This document shows positions 1 through 12,900 of a stretch of DNA of 64,000 bases, in pieces. This DNA comes from Lama glama. Taxonomy: Eukaryota. Where the stretch lies: NCBI GenBank assembly GCA_028534125.1, contig CM052832.1:15688001-15752000 (forward strand), in the 5' to 3' direction. Below the pieces are notes generated by a model that was not told the DNA's origin, did no database searches, and saw only the letters and a list, made by a program, of their open reading frames with translations. Made by a program: the position numbers and the translations under genes. Every line of letters starts with the position of its first letter. Position 1 is the stretch's first letter.

Positions 1-135
1 TTGGGGTACATCTTCCCTTATGACCTGCTGCCCTCATAGACTGATAGATACTGGAGACTACCAAGAAACTTGCGTGGCCCACTCATCCCCTGCCACCCCA
101 ATGGCAATTCAGCAACACTTCTGCCTTCCCCCCAG

Positions 136-3100
136 CGCATGGAGCAGATGTTGGGAGCTTTTCAGAGTGATCTCAGCTCCATCAGCTCTGAGATCCGGAC
201 ACTGCAGGAACAGTCAGGCGCCATGAATATTCGGCTTCGAAACCGCCAGGCTGTCCGGGGGAAACTGGGGGAGCTTGTCGATGGCCTAGTGGTGCCCTCT
301 GCTCTTGTCGCGTGAGTCACCAATCTGAAGGGTCATAATGTCTATAGTAAGTAGATGGGCTGGAGTGACCTACGCTGCTTACCCCATGGGCCTCCTGGCT
401 CCCAATCATCAAGTGCCTTCCAAAAACCGATCAGTGGATTGACAACCTTTATAACCTTGACCTGTGCTTTAGGCATCAAAGATGAGGGATCATCCAGGGT
501 CAGGCATGTAGTGAGGGGGTCCAAGGCTTACATGGGCAGTAGGGATGTGTATTTGTCCAGGAACAGAAAACTTTTTCTGTATGTTCCAACTACATGATAC
601 AGTGTAAGAATGGAGAAGAGACGGGCTGGATGTAAGGGGTATGTTTTAAAGTCTAGGGATATCTGGGTCTCTCTCCTAACCCATCCCATCCCTCCCTGCT
701 ACCCAGGGCAATTCTGGAGGCACCAGTGACAGAGCCCAGGTTCCTGGAGCAGCTGCAGGAACTGGATGCCAAGGCAGCTGCAGTCCGAGAGCAGGAAGCT
801 AGAGGGACGGCGGCCTGTGCAGACGTCAGAGGCGTTCTTGACCGGCTCCGGGTCAAGGTCGGGGGTGGGGGTGGATACTCCTGAGACCACAAGAACCAGC
901 CTCCCTGAGATGTACACCCCTGGATTTCCCTGGCAGAGCTCATTCTCACATCTCTGGGTTTCCCTGAAAGTCATTGTTTTCTTTAATGGAGATACTGGGG
1001 ATTGAACCTAGAACCTCGTGCATGCTAAGCATGTGCTCTGCCACCGAGCTATACCCTCCCCACCTTAAGAAATATTGAAGAGATATTCTCTACTCTTCCC
1101 CCTATATTGAAGATTTGTTACTTCCCTAATGCTTCCCAAACTGAGAAGGTTGCAGCTTCATGCCCTGTGTTTGGTCCCCCATGCCTAGGCAGTGACGAAG
1201 ATCCGGGAGTTCATCCTTCAGAAGATTTATTCCTTCAGAAAACCCATGACCAACTATCAGATCCCCCAGACGGCCCTGCTGAAGTACAGGTCACCACCAG
1301 AAGGAAGGGCTTGGGATGGCCTCTGAGCTTTTGAGCAACCCAGCGTGCTGTCTGGTGTCTTGGGCAGGCAGGGAGACTGACTGGTCCCGACCCCTGCAGG
1401 TTCTTCTATCAGTTCCTGCTGGGCAATGAACGAGCAACAGCGAAGGAGATAAGGGACGAATACGTGGAGACGCTGAGCAAGATCTACCTGTCTTACTACC
1501 GCTCTTACCTGGGGCGGCTCATGAAGGTGCAGGTGAGGCCACAGAGGGAGAAGTATTCCTGGGCACCTGGGCTGGGCAGAGGGGCAGCCACTGGGCAACG
1601 GGGGACACTATAAAGAGAAATTTTTTTTTGTTGAGCTTTGGGAAGCTATGGTTACCAGTTCTCTTTTCACTAGTATGAGGAAGTCGCTGAGAAGGACGAT
1701 CTAATGGGCGTGGAAGATACAGCAAAGAAAGATATCCTGGAGCTGAGGAGCCCTCATGCCAGGCCTGGGGAGTGAGGGGGCTCCTGGCTCCAGCCTCCAA
1801 GGCTTTGCTGCTTACCTTTTTCTGTGAGAACAAAACCTCTGAGAATGATTAAAGGCTGTGGCCACCCTCCCCAGAAAAATGCACAGATGATTTTGACACA
1901 TCGTTTTGCATGTGATGTCAGGGGGTGTAGAGGGTTCTACAGATGTAGGTAAAATGGGGTCCTGGTACTGGGAAAGAGGGGCACCTAGGCTGTGTTTGGC
2001 TGCCAGGGGTCCCTGGAGGTCCTGAGTCTTTGATCTTCCATTACGGTTGTAATCTTATTGTTTTCCTTGACTTGGAGCCTTCACGATTCTTCTCAAAACC
2101 ATCCCTCCGCAGCAGGAACACCATCTTCACCCTGGGGACCCGTGGCTCTGTCATCTCCCCCACTGAACTGGAGGCACCCATCCTCGTGCCCCACACCGCC
2201 CAGCGGGGAGAACAGCGGGTAGGGGGAGGAACAAGCTTCAGTCAGGAGAGGGACTCTGAGGCCAGACCTCAGAGCCAAGCCCTGCAGGCCCCTGTGTGAA
2301 TCCCCTTCTCCAGTCACCCCAGTGTCCTGTGATGAGAAGAGGGTTGGGACCCTTGACTTAGGGTGTGCAGGGGGGGGAGGCTGGCAAGGGGAATGACGTG
2401 TCACGAGGCAGGTGTGAGTGGATGCAGGAGCAGCAGCTGCAGTTGTGGTTGGGCTCTTTTGTCCGTTCTCCCCCGATGTCTTCTGTATCCATTGAGGATG
2501 CTCTTTCGCAGCCTGGACATGGCTTAGATGCGGAGGGTCTCTTGAGCTCTCAATACCCAGGTTTGCTGATTTTCTAGCCACATCCAGGGGAGTCAGTATT
2601 GGGGTCCATCCCTTCTGTCTCTCTTCCTAGTATCCTTTTGAGGCCCTCTTCCGCAGCCAGCACTACGCCCTCCTGGACAACTCCTGCCGTGAATATCTTT
2701 TCATCTGTGAATTCTTTGTTGTGTCCGGCCCAGCTGCACACGACCTCTTCCATTCTGTCATGGGCCGTACACTCAACATGACCCTGGTAAGCTCCCTAGG
2801 CCCTGTGCTCTTAGGCTTCTCTGTCCCCAGTCCTCGTCAGCACCGCAATGAGGTCATAGCTCTGGTGGTACTGAAACCAGGATCCCCTCGTTCCAAAATG
2901 TGTATGCCTGATACTGTGTGACTGTCCATCAAAGCTTGGGGTCTCTGAAGTTACCCCTCCTGCTGATCCACACCTAGGCTATAGCACCTGAAAACTCAGG
3001 GGCCCCTTGGTGCTCAGTCCTGAATTCTGCTATGATGGGCTTGTGATCATAGATCTGGTGAGCAAGGCAGTGGACAGGGAAGGAGGGAGCATTTCCCTCT

Positions 3101-4656
3101 CAGATCTCCACCCACTTCAGGGCTGCATCCCTAGAGGAGCGTGTACATTTGTCTGTGGCCACTGGGAAGGACAAAGTAACAAATGCTCTCTTCCCATCCT
3201 CTGCCTGTTCCTAAATCACAGAAACACCTGGAGTCCTATCTGGCTGACTGTTACGACGCCATTGCTGTTTTTCTCTGTATCCACATTGTCCTCCGATTCC
3301 GCAACATTGCAGCCAAGAGGGATGTTCCCGCTCTAGACAGGTCACTGAATTCTGGTCCTTGATGCCCCACTGGCCTTGAACTCTTGGTCTCATACAAGCC
3401 TGCCCTGACCCTTGGGCTCCTCCTGACCTGACACCATTGACCGTGCTGCTTTCAGACTTACTGTTCACACTCACTCCTACCTCCACTAGCCGTTAACCTT
3501 TGATCAGGGTTCCCATATGCACACCTGACCCCTAGCCCTGCCCACCATCCCCCCATATTCCTTGCCGGCTGATCTCTGATTCTGATTAAGCCCACAGGTA
3601 CTGGGAACAGGTGCTTGCCTTGCTGTGGCCACGGTTTGAACTGATCCTGGAGATGAATGTCCAGAGCGTCCGAAGCACTGACCCTCAGCGCCTTGGGGGG
3701 CTGGATACTCGGCCTCACTATGTGAGGGAGGGCAAGGGTAACAGAAGGGTTATTGAAAGGCAGGGCTCTGAGCTTCACTGTGGGGGTTGCCCAGCTTCAC
3801 AGTTGAGTTATGGGCCTGGCTGGAAATTTCCAGGGTCCCACCCTGAGTGAGGGGCAGTCGAGGAGTGTGGTCAGACTCGGGGGTTGGGCACTGTTGGTAG
3901 GAGGGGTTGGAGGCCGGAGTCCCACAGAGGTTAGTTGGCCAGCTTCAACGGATTTGGGGGGTTGTGTTGGTTGGGCCGGGGGTTGGTGTGATTTTTCTTC
4001 CCATCTTCTTTCTCCCAGATCACACGCCGATATGCAGAGTTCTCCTCTGCTCTTGTCAGCATCAACCAGACGATTCCCAACGAACGGACGATGCAGCTGC
4101 TGGGCCAACTCCAGGTGAGAGGAGGGTGGGAGAGGTTTCCCAGGTGGGCTGGATTGCAGGGAAGGGCCACACACCCTTGTCCCCTGAGTCATCTCCCCCT
4201 TTCGGCTTTTTCAGGTGGAAGTGGAGAATTTTGTCCTCCGAGTGGCAGCTGAGTTCTCCTCGAGGAAGGAGCAGCTTGTGTTTCTGATCAACAACTATGA
4301 CATGATGCTGGGTGTGCTGATGGTAACAGACCCCTTCTCCCTGTCTCCCTACCCAGAGAATTCAGGGTCCCCCCACTGCTCTGTGAACTCCACGAGAACG
4401 AGGATTATGTTGACCTCATTCAGTGTCTTATTCTTGGAGTCTGGCACAGTGTCTGGCTCCCACAATAAATGTGGAAGGAAGGGTATGTTCTAATGTGAAG
4501 GGCAGCTTCTCCCCAAACTTGAGATTTCCCTTTGTCCTCCCTTAGGAACGGGCAGCAGATGACAGCAAAGAGGTTGAAAGTTTCCAGCAGCTGCTCAATG
4601 CTCGGACACAGGTAGAGGTGTGGGGACAAGGAAAGGGACAGTCCTGTGTGTGTTTT

Positions 4657-4688
<32 letters not shown>

Positions 4689-6480
4689 AGGGAGTGGCAG
4701 TTAGTGGACTCAGATAAACAGAATTGGCATTACTATAACTTGGGTCACAACATGCTGTCATTATTGGGCTATTTTTATTTTCCTTTGTAATTTTTTTAGT
4801 GATGTAGACATCCATGAACCCACCACACACTTTGGCAACAACCAACATCGATGTATGAATTCCTCTTCACCCCATCTCCCTGCCTCTTTCACAGAGGGCA
4901 CCTATGGGCCTAAATCTTGTGTTTCTTATGCCCTTGCTTTTAAAAATACAGGTATAGGTATGCTGAAACAACAATTAGTTTGGTTTTTGAGTGTCATAAA
5001 AACAGAATCACAGGATTATTTCATGCATAATTTTTCTAGTGTCATGTCGTTGCGTATGGTTGTAGCTCATTCTTTTTCACTACTGTATACTGTCACGTAA
5101 TGTGAATATAACATGTTCTCCTGTAAGTGGTCATTTGTATTATTTCCAGTTTCTTGCTACCATGAGCATTATTTTATGAAGAATTCTGTCTTTGAGCACA
5201 CAAAGGTGGTAGGTAAATTTTATCAAAGCTCTCTTGGAAGTAGGAGTAGGCTTGCTGCATATGGGATATGCCAGTGTTCTACTTTATGAGACAATGTCAA
5301 ATTGTTTTCCTAAGTGGTTGAACCAATTTATTCCTTATCTCATTGAGTCATATTTTCTCCACCACATGGTATATCAGACTATCTTTGTCATTCTGATAGG
5401 TATCCCATTGGGATCTTAATTTGCACTTTCCTGATTACTAATATAATTGAGCGTCATTTCAAATGTTAAGTAGCCATACACATTTTTCTTTTCTGTAAAA
5501 CATCTGTTATAGTATTTGACCTTTTAAAAATTGGGTTGTTATGTTTTTCTTTTTGATTTGTAAGAGTTCTTAATATATTTTATATTTATCTACATAACCT
5601 TTTTGTTGATTATATAGATTGCAGATACATTTCCGTATGTGTTTTATCTTTTTGCTTTTTTTATGTTATCTTTAGGTGAACAGAAATTTCTAAGTGTAAT
5701 ATGATTGAATTTATTAATCTCTATTTTTATTGTCTTAAGAAATCTCTGATTACCTGAGTCAGAAAAACATTATACTATGTTTTGGAGTATGTTTGTAGTC
5801 TTAATATTGTAGAATTTTGCTTTTTACTTTTAAGTACTTTTGGAATTTACCTAAATATGCCTAGAATTTATTTTTGTGTATGATGTATGATAGGGATCTA
5901 ACTCAGTTTTTTCTATTTGGATAATGATGGGTCCTGAACAATTTATAGGAAGCCCCTTTCTTACCCTGCTTGGTCGGCAGTCCTGCCTCTGTCACATAGT
6001 AAAACTCCACAAACGTGTATGTCTTGCCTCTATTCTGCCTATTCTGTTGATCAGTTTGTCTACCCTGCTGTACAGTTTTAATTATGCTTCTAGGGCAAAT
6101 TCTCCTGCCTTCTTTTTCATCATTTTCTTGAGTATTATTGGCCTCTTGATTTTTCATGTGAATTTTATGATCCGCTTATAAGTTTTCACATTTAAAAAAA
6201 GCCCATTAAGGATTTTGGTTGGAATTGCATTGGTTAATTTGAAAGAATTGACACTTTATGATATTGAAACTTCCCGTCCATGAACATGGGCTTCCTCTCC
6301 ATCTTTTAAAAATTTTATTTTTGCGGGGGCAGGTAGTTAGGTTTGCTTATTTATTTGTTTTTAGAGGAGATACTAGGGATCGAACCCAGGACGTCATGCG
6401 CGCTAAGCATGTGCTCTACCACTTGAGCTACATACCCTCCCCCATTTTATTTTATTTTATTTTATTTTATTTTATTTATT

Positions 6481-6533
<53 letters not shown>

Positions 6534-9500
6534 TTTTATTCTATTTTGTTTTATTTTATTATTTTATTTTATTATTTTATTTTTTTATTTATTTTATTTT
6601 ATTTATTTTATTTTATTTTATTCTATTTTATTTTATTTTATTTTATATTTCTCTCCATTTTTTAAGTTATTCTGTAATGTCTTTTAAGAACCTTTTATAC
6701 TTTTCAGTGCAGAGACATTGCAAATCTTTTGTTAGAGTTGTTCCTGGCTAGATGTACTATGTAGATTTAGTCCTACGAGGAATAAGTAAATCCTTCCTTA
6801 TCCTTTGCCTTTGATTTCTATGTCTTTAATCCCTTTCTGTTCTGGCCAGGACCTCTGTGACAGAGTTGAATAGTGCAATAAAGGGTAACAGTGAGAACCC
6901 TTATCCTGTTGCTGAGTTTAAAAGAAATACTTTAATCATTTTACCATTAACAGTAATGTGGCTACAGGGTTTTTTGGTAGATGCCCTTTATCAGGTTTGG
7001 AAAATTCCTTTTAATCCTTCATGTGCTAGGAGTTATTATTGTGGTTATTCTACTTGGAATAAATCTACCTTTATTGAGGAATAATTACTAGGAATAATAC
7101 TAGGAATTACTGGGAATAATGACTACATTTTTTTCTAATTGTTTGGACTTTCTACTCTATTCTTTTAGAATCTGTCCTTTAAATAAATTGTTGTTCCTTA
7201 AATATTAAAAGAAATTTACTTGTTTGAACTGGTATACAGAAATGCTGTTGATTTTTGTATATTGATTATGTAGCCAGCCACCTTCCTAAGCTATTTCTAA
7301 TAATGTTTCTGTGTGCTTCTTTGTAGGCATTCATCATTTACAAATTGTGACAATTGCAGTTCTTCCTTTCTGACCCTTATGTCTTTAATTTATTATTACT
7401 GCACTGAACAGTACCTCCAGTACAAAGCTGAATAGTTGAATAGAAGTGGTGATAGTAAGAACCCTTTTCTCTTCCTAGTTTTAAAAGGAATTCTTCTATC
7501 ATTTCCTCTTAAGAGTAATGTTGTTGTAGGTTTTTTACAGATCTCTTTTATCAGGTGAAGAAAATTCCTTTCACTCCTTAGGATGCCAAGAGTTATTATT
7601 TTTTAAAATTATAATTTTCTTTTTAAAATTAATATTTTTAAAAATATAAGTGAGTATTGAATTTTTAATCAAGAATGTATGCTTTTTCTGTAATTGGTGA
7701 GGTAATCATAGTCCATTTAAAAATCTATTATGTGGTATATAACATTTATAGATTTTGCAGTGTTAAACCATTCTGGATTTGGTCTAATTTGTTTAGGATT
7801 TTGCTTCTCTGTACATAGGTGAGATTGGTCTGTGATTTTCTTTTCTTCTACTGTCCTCATGTGGTTTGGGTACCAAAGTCATACTGGATTTATAGAAGGA
7901 GGTGAAAAGGAAGTTTTCCTTCTTCTGAAAGATTTTAAGATTGAAACAATCTCTTCTTGAAGATTTCCTAGAACTTGCCAGCAGAAGCATTCAGGAAGTT
8001 TCAAAACTATGAAATTCCCTCTAAATACTGCTTTTATTGAATTCTATAAGTTTGAATATGTAACATTTTTATTATCATTCAGTTCTAAGAATTTTTATAT
8101 TTTAATTGTATCTTCTTCAATCTGTGAGATTTTGAGTGTTTTAAAATTTCCAAAAGCAGTTTTCTTACTTCTCTTTTTTGTTATTAATGTCTAACTTAAT
8201 TGCATTGTGAATGGAGAATGTGGTTTTTTGGTACTGAACATTTGAAATTTGAAAAATGTTTGAAATTTGTTTAGATTTGCTTGTGGCCTAGTACATGATC
8301 AGCTTTTGTAAATGTTCCATGTGTGTTTGAGAACATGGGTTTTTTTTTAAATTTTCAGGTGTGGAAGTCAGGCTCTTTAATTGTATTGATCACATTATCT
8401 AAAATATTTACTAATTTTTTGTTTACTATCAATAGTTGAGAGAGATGTTTTGATATTCATAAATTTATCATTATTCACAGCAGTTTTATCAGATTTTGCT
8501 TTATACGGTTTCAGCTTATTTTATCTAAATTCTTAAAAGTTTAGAATTATTAGATCTTGCTAGTGACTTGAAGAATTTGTCACTATATGACACATCTTAG
8601 CCCTAATAATTTTGTCTTGAAACCTATTATATCTGATATTAACAGCTCTGCCAGTTTTATTTTGGTAATATTTGCCTGTTTGTTTCTTTTTTTTTTTTCC
8701 TTTCAGCCTTTCTATGTTTTCACTTTTTAAGTCTTTTAAAAATGGCATATAGCTGGAATTTTTGAAAAAATCCAATTGGATTATCTCTGCCCTTTGATTT
8801 ATTTTTTAAATTCATTTATGTTTATTATGATTAATGTTACATTGGGACTTTTTCCTACCATCTTTAGTTTCTTTTTTGTCTTGTGTCTTTTGTGCTTCTC
8901 GCCTTTGTTTTTCTTACTATTTATTTTTTTCCTCCTAATTTAGATTTTGTATTCCATTCTTTTAGAACTTGGCCTTTAAATTTCACCTTGCATATTTAGC
9001 TTAACATCTAAACTTAATATTTAACCCTTATCTCAAACAATATGTAGATTTTAAAGCATTTAAAATGTTTTAATGCGCCAATCGCCCCTCCCCCTTCTGT
9101 CTTCCATGCTAATTATTGGCCAGTATTTTATTTCTGTCTTCCTTTTAATTGTTGCTATCTTGTAGTGATACCTTCCATTTGGCCTTCCCTGCATGTTTCC
9201 CTGTTTATTTGCCCACCATTCCTTTTTAGAACTCAGATTATCTTTCGGGGATCATTTTCCTTCTTCCTAAAATAGCTCTTTTAGAAATTCCTTTATGAAA
9301 GTTTGTTGGTAGTAAACCTTGTTTTTGTTTTTACATAAATGTATTTCACCTTTGTTAGGAAAGAATAGTTTTGCTGGCTTACTGTCAAATTCTAAGCAGT
9401 TATTTTCTCTCAACATTTAGAAGGTTTTCCACTGTTAGCTTAAATTGTTGCAGTGAAAAAGTCTACTGTTGTTCTAATTTTTGTTCCTTTGAAGCAGTCT

Positions 9501-11142
9501 CTTCTCTCTGACTGCTCTTTAAGTTCTCCTCTGTTTTCTTTGGTATTCTAAAGTTTTACTGCAATATGTCTAGATGTGGGTTTCTCTTTATTTCTTTAAG
9601 TTGATACCTTGTTGGTTTCCTGGGTCTTTGAATTTAGTTTTTTCATTAATTTGGGGGAAATTCACAGCCAGCATCTTTTTAAATATTGCTTTTCCTTCAT
9701 TCTTTCTTCGCTTCTGTGCTCTGATTAGTTGTAGGTTAAACTTTCATTCTGTTCTCTCTTTTTAGTAAATAAACATGTAATTAGATGAGAAAGGAAGCTG
9801 TTGTCCTCGCCCGCACAGTTAGGTGACCGGAGAGAATGTCAGCTCTGCCTTCTGAAGTGGAATTCTCTAGACTCTCTGATCCCATGAAGATGTGCTTAAA
9901 CCAGTGGCCTTTGATAATAGCTGGAAGATGCCATCCACCTAGGTCCGCACTGGCACCTCTTTGAGGTTCTCATGAGAGACTCAGTCTTAGCATCCCAGCT
10001 CGAGGCTGGCATCAGACTCAGCTTCCCGATAGCAGAATTGCATGGCCATCTACCTTCTGATAGCCCTGTGTCTCCCAGTTGTCTCCTTCTCTGGTTCCAG
10101 CCCTCTGCTCCCAGGCCAATTTTTTTTTAATGAAATTAAGAAAATTTTTTATGAGGAGGGTAATCTTTGGAGATTTCCCCAACCTCTTGTGAGACTAGCA
10201 GTGTCTTAAAGTATATCACCTTTCCAGCATTTAGCTGTTCCATGATGGGAATGTTGTAAGGACCTAGTTGTTAATGATGACAGAATTGGGAAAGTCCGCT
10301 GACACCAGAAAACTCAACTCTGTATGTGTGTGTGTTTCTACAGGAATTCATTGAAGAGTTGCTGTCTCCCCCTTTTGGGGGTTTGGTGGCATTTGTGAAG
10401 GAAGCTGAGGCTTTGATTGAGCGTGGACAAGCTGAACGACTTCGAGGGGAAGAAGGTAGGAGGGTGGTGTGGTAGTGGTGGGGTCAGTGGAAAGGTGAGC
10501 AGAAAAGAAAAATTTGAGGATGCAGATTACATGGGAGGGTGTAGAGCAGGAAAGAGTAGGTGGGGAGAACACTAGAAAAGAGGGGATGCCTGATGAGTAC
10601 GCCTGTGCCTTGGGGAGGACTTGGAGGGATCAAATATCACTTAGCCATAATCTCTTTCTTCCTGTTGTCAGCCCGGGTTACTCAGCTGATCCGTGGCTTT
10701 GGTAGTTCCTGGAAATCATCGGTGGAGTCTCTAAGTCAGGATGTAATGCGGAGTTTCACCAACTTCAGAAATGGAACCAGTATCATCCAGGTTATCTGTA
10801 CCTCCCCGTCCCCACTCCCACCCCACCCCATCACTCATTTTTCCCCCTTTTCTCTGGGCTCAGAATCATACAAGTGACCCTTGATCTTCAACTACCAGCT
10901 GTGCCCAGAGTTCTAGATGAGCCCTAACCTGATTCCTGATCATCACCCTTAGCACCACCCCACAGTCTCATCCCTCTGTGACTTTCTCTGACCAGGGAGC
11001 GCTGACCCAGCTGATACAGCTCTATCATCGTTTCCACCGGGTGCTGTCTCAGCCCCAGCTCCGAGCCCTCCCTGCCCGGGCTGAGCTCATCAACATCCAC
11101 CACCTCATGGTGGAGCTCAAGAAGCACAAGCCCAACTTCTAA
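136..11142 (+). CDS. VPS52: VPS52 (GARP/EARP subunit), 3' 15 coding exons; 5' end lies outside the window
   Basis: Exons 136-311, 707-857, 1189-1289, 1400-1532, 1674-1731, 2085-2218, 2631-2786, 3222-3340, 3598-3721, 4019-4114, 4215-4322, 4546-4611, 10344-10455, 10672-10790, 10996-11142 (TAA). They join in frame to RMEQMLGAFQSDLSSIS...LINIHHLMVELKKHKPNF*, which I recognise as VPS52. All introns are GT-AG except 1732-2084 (AT-AC). Confidence 0.97.
976..1061 (-). mobile_element. tRNA-derived SINE (camelid Vic-1-like)
   Basis: Minus strand reads GGGGAGGGTATAGCTCGGTGG (A box)...GGTTCAATCCCCAGTA (B box), followed by an A-rich tail. Confidence 0.85.
1732..2084 (+). other. U12-type (minor spliceosome) AT-AC intron of VPS52
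   Basis: 5' end ATATCCTG, branch site TTCCTTGAC (2063-2071), 3' end CAC. Removal restores AAG AAA G|GA TTC TTC (KKGFFSKP). Confidence 0.93.
4663..4688. repeat. (TG)n microsatellite
   Basis: Uninterrupted TG run in a VPS52 intron. Confidence 0.9.
6316..6443 (-). mobile_element. tRNA-derived SINE (Vic-1-like)
   Basis: Same head and B box (GGTTCGATCCC) and same CCTAACTACC tail segment as the other copies. Confidence 0.85.
6444..6650. repeat. (TTTTA)n/(TTTA)n AT-rich simple repeat
   Basis: About 200 bp made almost entirely of TTTTA and TTTA units. Confidence 0.92.
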
Positions 11143-11616
11143 TGTGCGGGACCTGGGAGTCACCCACCCTCTTGATGGCCTTCTGTACCCCTTCCCATGC
11201 CCTTCGTTGCCTGGGGTCCCCCTTCCAATTTTCCACTTGCCTCCTGGGCCCTTGACATGCCTAAGCCTGCCTTCATTGCCAGGATCCTGCCTCATCAGGA
11301 TAAGCTGGATCCCCTTGGCTTTCTGACTCTCCTATGTCTTCAGGTTTCCCAGAACCACTTCCTCTTGGGCTTCCAAAATGACCTTTATTATTTTTCCCAT
11401 TTTGTCATTCCCTTCCTTCCCCCGACTGTCCCACACCCAAGGCTCTTTTCTTCTTGCAGTCAAACTTTCATTGCCACAATCTCTTGTTCATTCAGCTCTT
11501 ATTACCATGTCGTGAGGTGTGACACCTCAGCTCTTGGAATTGGTTTGGTAAGGGGAGACTGCCCCATAATGGTTGGGGTTTTTTGTCTGTTCTTTCATTC
11601 AATGTGGTTTCGTTTC

Positions 11617-11683
11617 TTTTTTTTTTTTTTTAATGGAGGTACTGGGGATTGAACCCAGGACCTTGTGCATGCTAAGCATGCTC
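11617..11683 (-). mobile_element. 5'-truncated Vic-1-like SINE in the VPS52 3' UTR
   Basis: Poly-T followed by AATGGAGGTACTGGGGATTGAACCCAGGACCTTGTGCATGCTAAGCATGC; the A-box head is missing. Confidence 0.8.
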
Positions 11684-11772
11684 AAAGTGGTTTCATGTCT
11701 GTAGCTTTTTGACCTGAGATCTCAGCAACTTGAACACTAACCAGTCCTCTCCAAGGTCAGTCTGCAGAAAAC

Positions 11773-11778
11773 AATAAA
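11773..11778 (+). terminator. VPS52 polyadenylation signal
   Basis: AATAAA about 630 nt after the stop codon. Confidence 0.75.
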
Positions 11779-12579
11779 TATTTAATATGACATAACACTC
11801 TTCTCCCATTACCTTTCTCCTTCCTCCTGGGACCTTCAAGTAGCCCCATCTCTGCTCCAGGGTCACCTTTGCTCTCTACTTCCTGGGCCTACATCCCTTC
11901 TGGTGGGTGTCCAGAAAATAGGGGCACACAGTAACCTCTAACCTCTAGCTGCTTCAGGCCAAAAGAGGTGGTGGCATTGGTTTTAGGGTTGGTTCTGTTT
12001 CATGAGTAACCCACCTGCTGGAGGAAAGTAGCCCCTGGTTAAAGTGGCAGGTGCATCAAGGGCTGGGAACATGGCTATGCAGCCTCAGGCACTGTCCTAA
12101 AGGCTACCTTCGCTCCCTGATACCAGCTCTCCATGCCTCCTGCCTCCTCAAGCTGACCCTGGGACGGCCTCCTCTCCTTCAGTGTCAGCTCCCAGTTCCT
12201 CTAGTTGTGGTTGTCACAGCCCCTTGCTGGAGGGCTGTAGCATCCACACCACTGGGGCAGGAGTAGGCCAGGTTCGCAATATGACCATCTTACCCATGTC
12301 TGTTATTAACTTGGCGCCTTCCTGCTGCCGCTGCCCTTATACCTCATTTGAACTGACTCTAGACTGGAGAGACGTGGGGGCGCCTATAAGTCCTTACGGG
12401 GAAGGCCTGGGCAGTCAGGGGAAAATGGTAATTTGGAGATGTTTACTACACCCCTATGGCCTAATCATTCCTTCCCAGCCTCCAGCGAGTGGGGGAAGGA
12501 GAGCTGTTTCTTCTCCTAGCTTAGGGCTTCTGGATGCAGGCCCAGCCTGCCCACGGAGGCCCAGAGAATAAAGGTACAA

Positions 12580-12900
12580 AAGGGCGCCGCGTGTGGTTGG
12601 AGAGGCCAGCGCATCGCGATGCGGGGCTGGAGCAGTTTTGGCCGGTGGGCTCTGCCGATTGGCTGCCACATGGAGAGGGCGTGACAGGGCCACTGTAGCC
12701 GCCTTCTCCCGCTCCCGCCTTTTTTTAGGTTCCGCCCCATCTCCGAGAGCAGCGTTCCGATGGGCTTTGGGAACTCTGTCTCTGCGCTTCAGCCCCGCGG
12801 CCAGTCAGAAGGGCGGGGGAGGGTGGTAAAGATGTTGGAGGTGGAGAGCGGCTCCTGATTGGCTCAGATGCCTCAGGGGCAGAACCAGGACGGTGTCCTT
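12580..12900. promoter_or_regulatory. Orphan CpG-containing promoter-like region downstream of VPS52
   Basis: Inverted CCAAT boxes with ATTGG at 12658 and 12858, GC boxes at about 12732 and 12811, perfect palindrome CGCATCGCGATGCG at 12610-12623, and local CpG enrichment. Confidence 0.6.

Larger units (their letters stand above)
4780..9770 (-). mobile_element. Old fragmented LINE-1 (L1M-type) sequence filling the long VPS52 intron; boundaries approximate
   Basis: Very T-rich plus strand. Minus-strand translations give L1 ORF2-like remnants (SFYKSSMTLVPKPHEDSRRKENHRPISPM at 7793-7990). Confidence 0.75.

Noticed and set aside
6258..6665. 135-aa hydrophobic F/Y/I/L-rich ORF
   Set aside because: It is a translation of a SINE plus the (TTTTA)n repeat, not a membrane protein.
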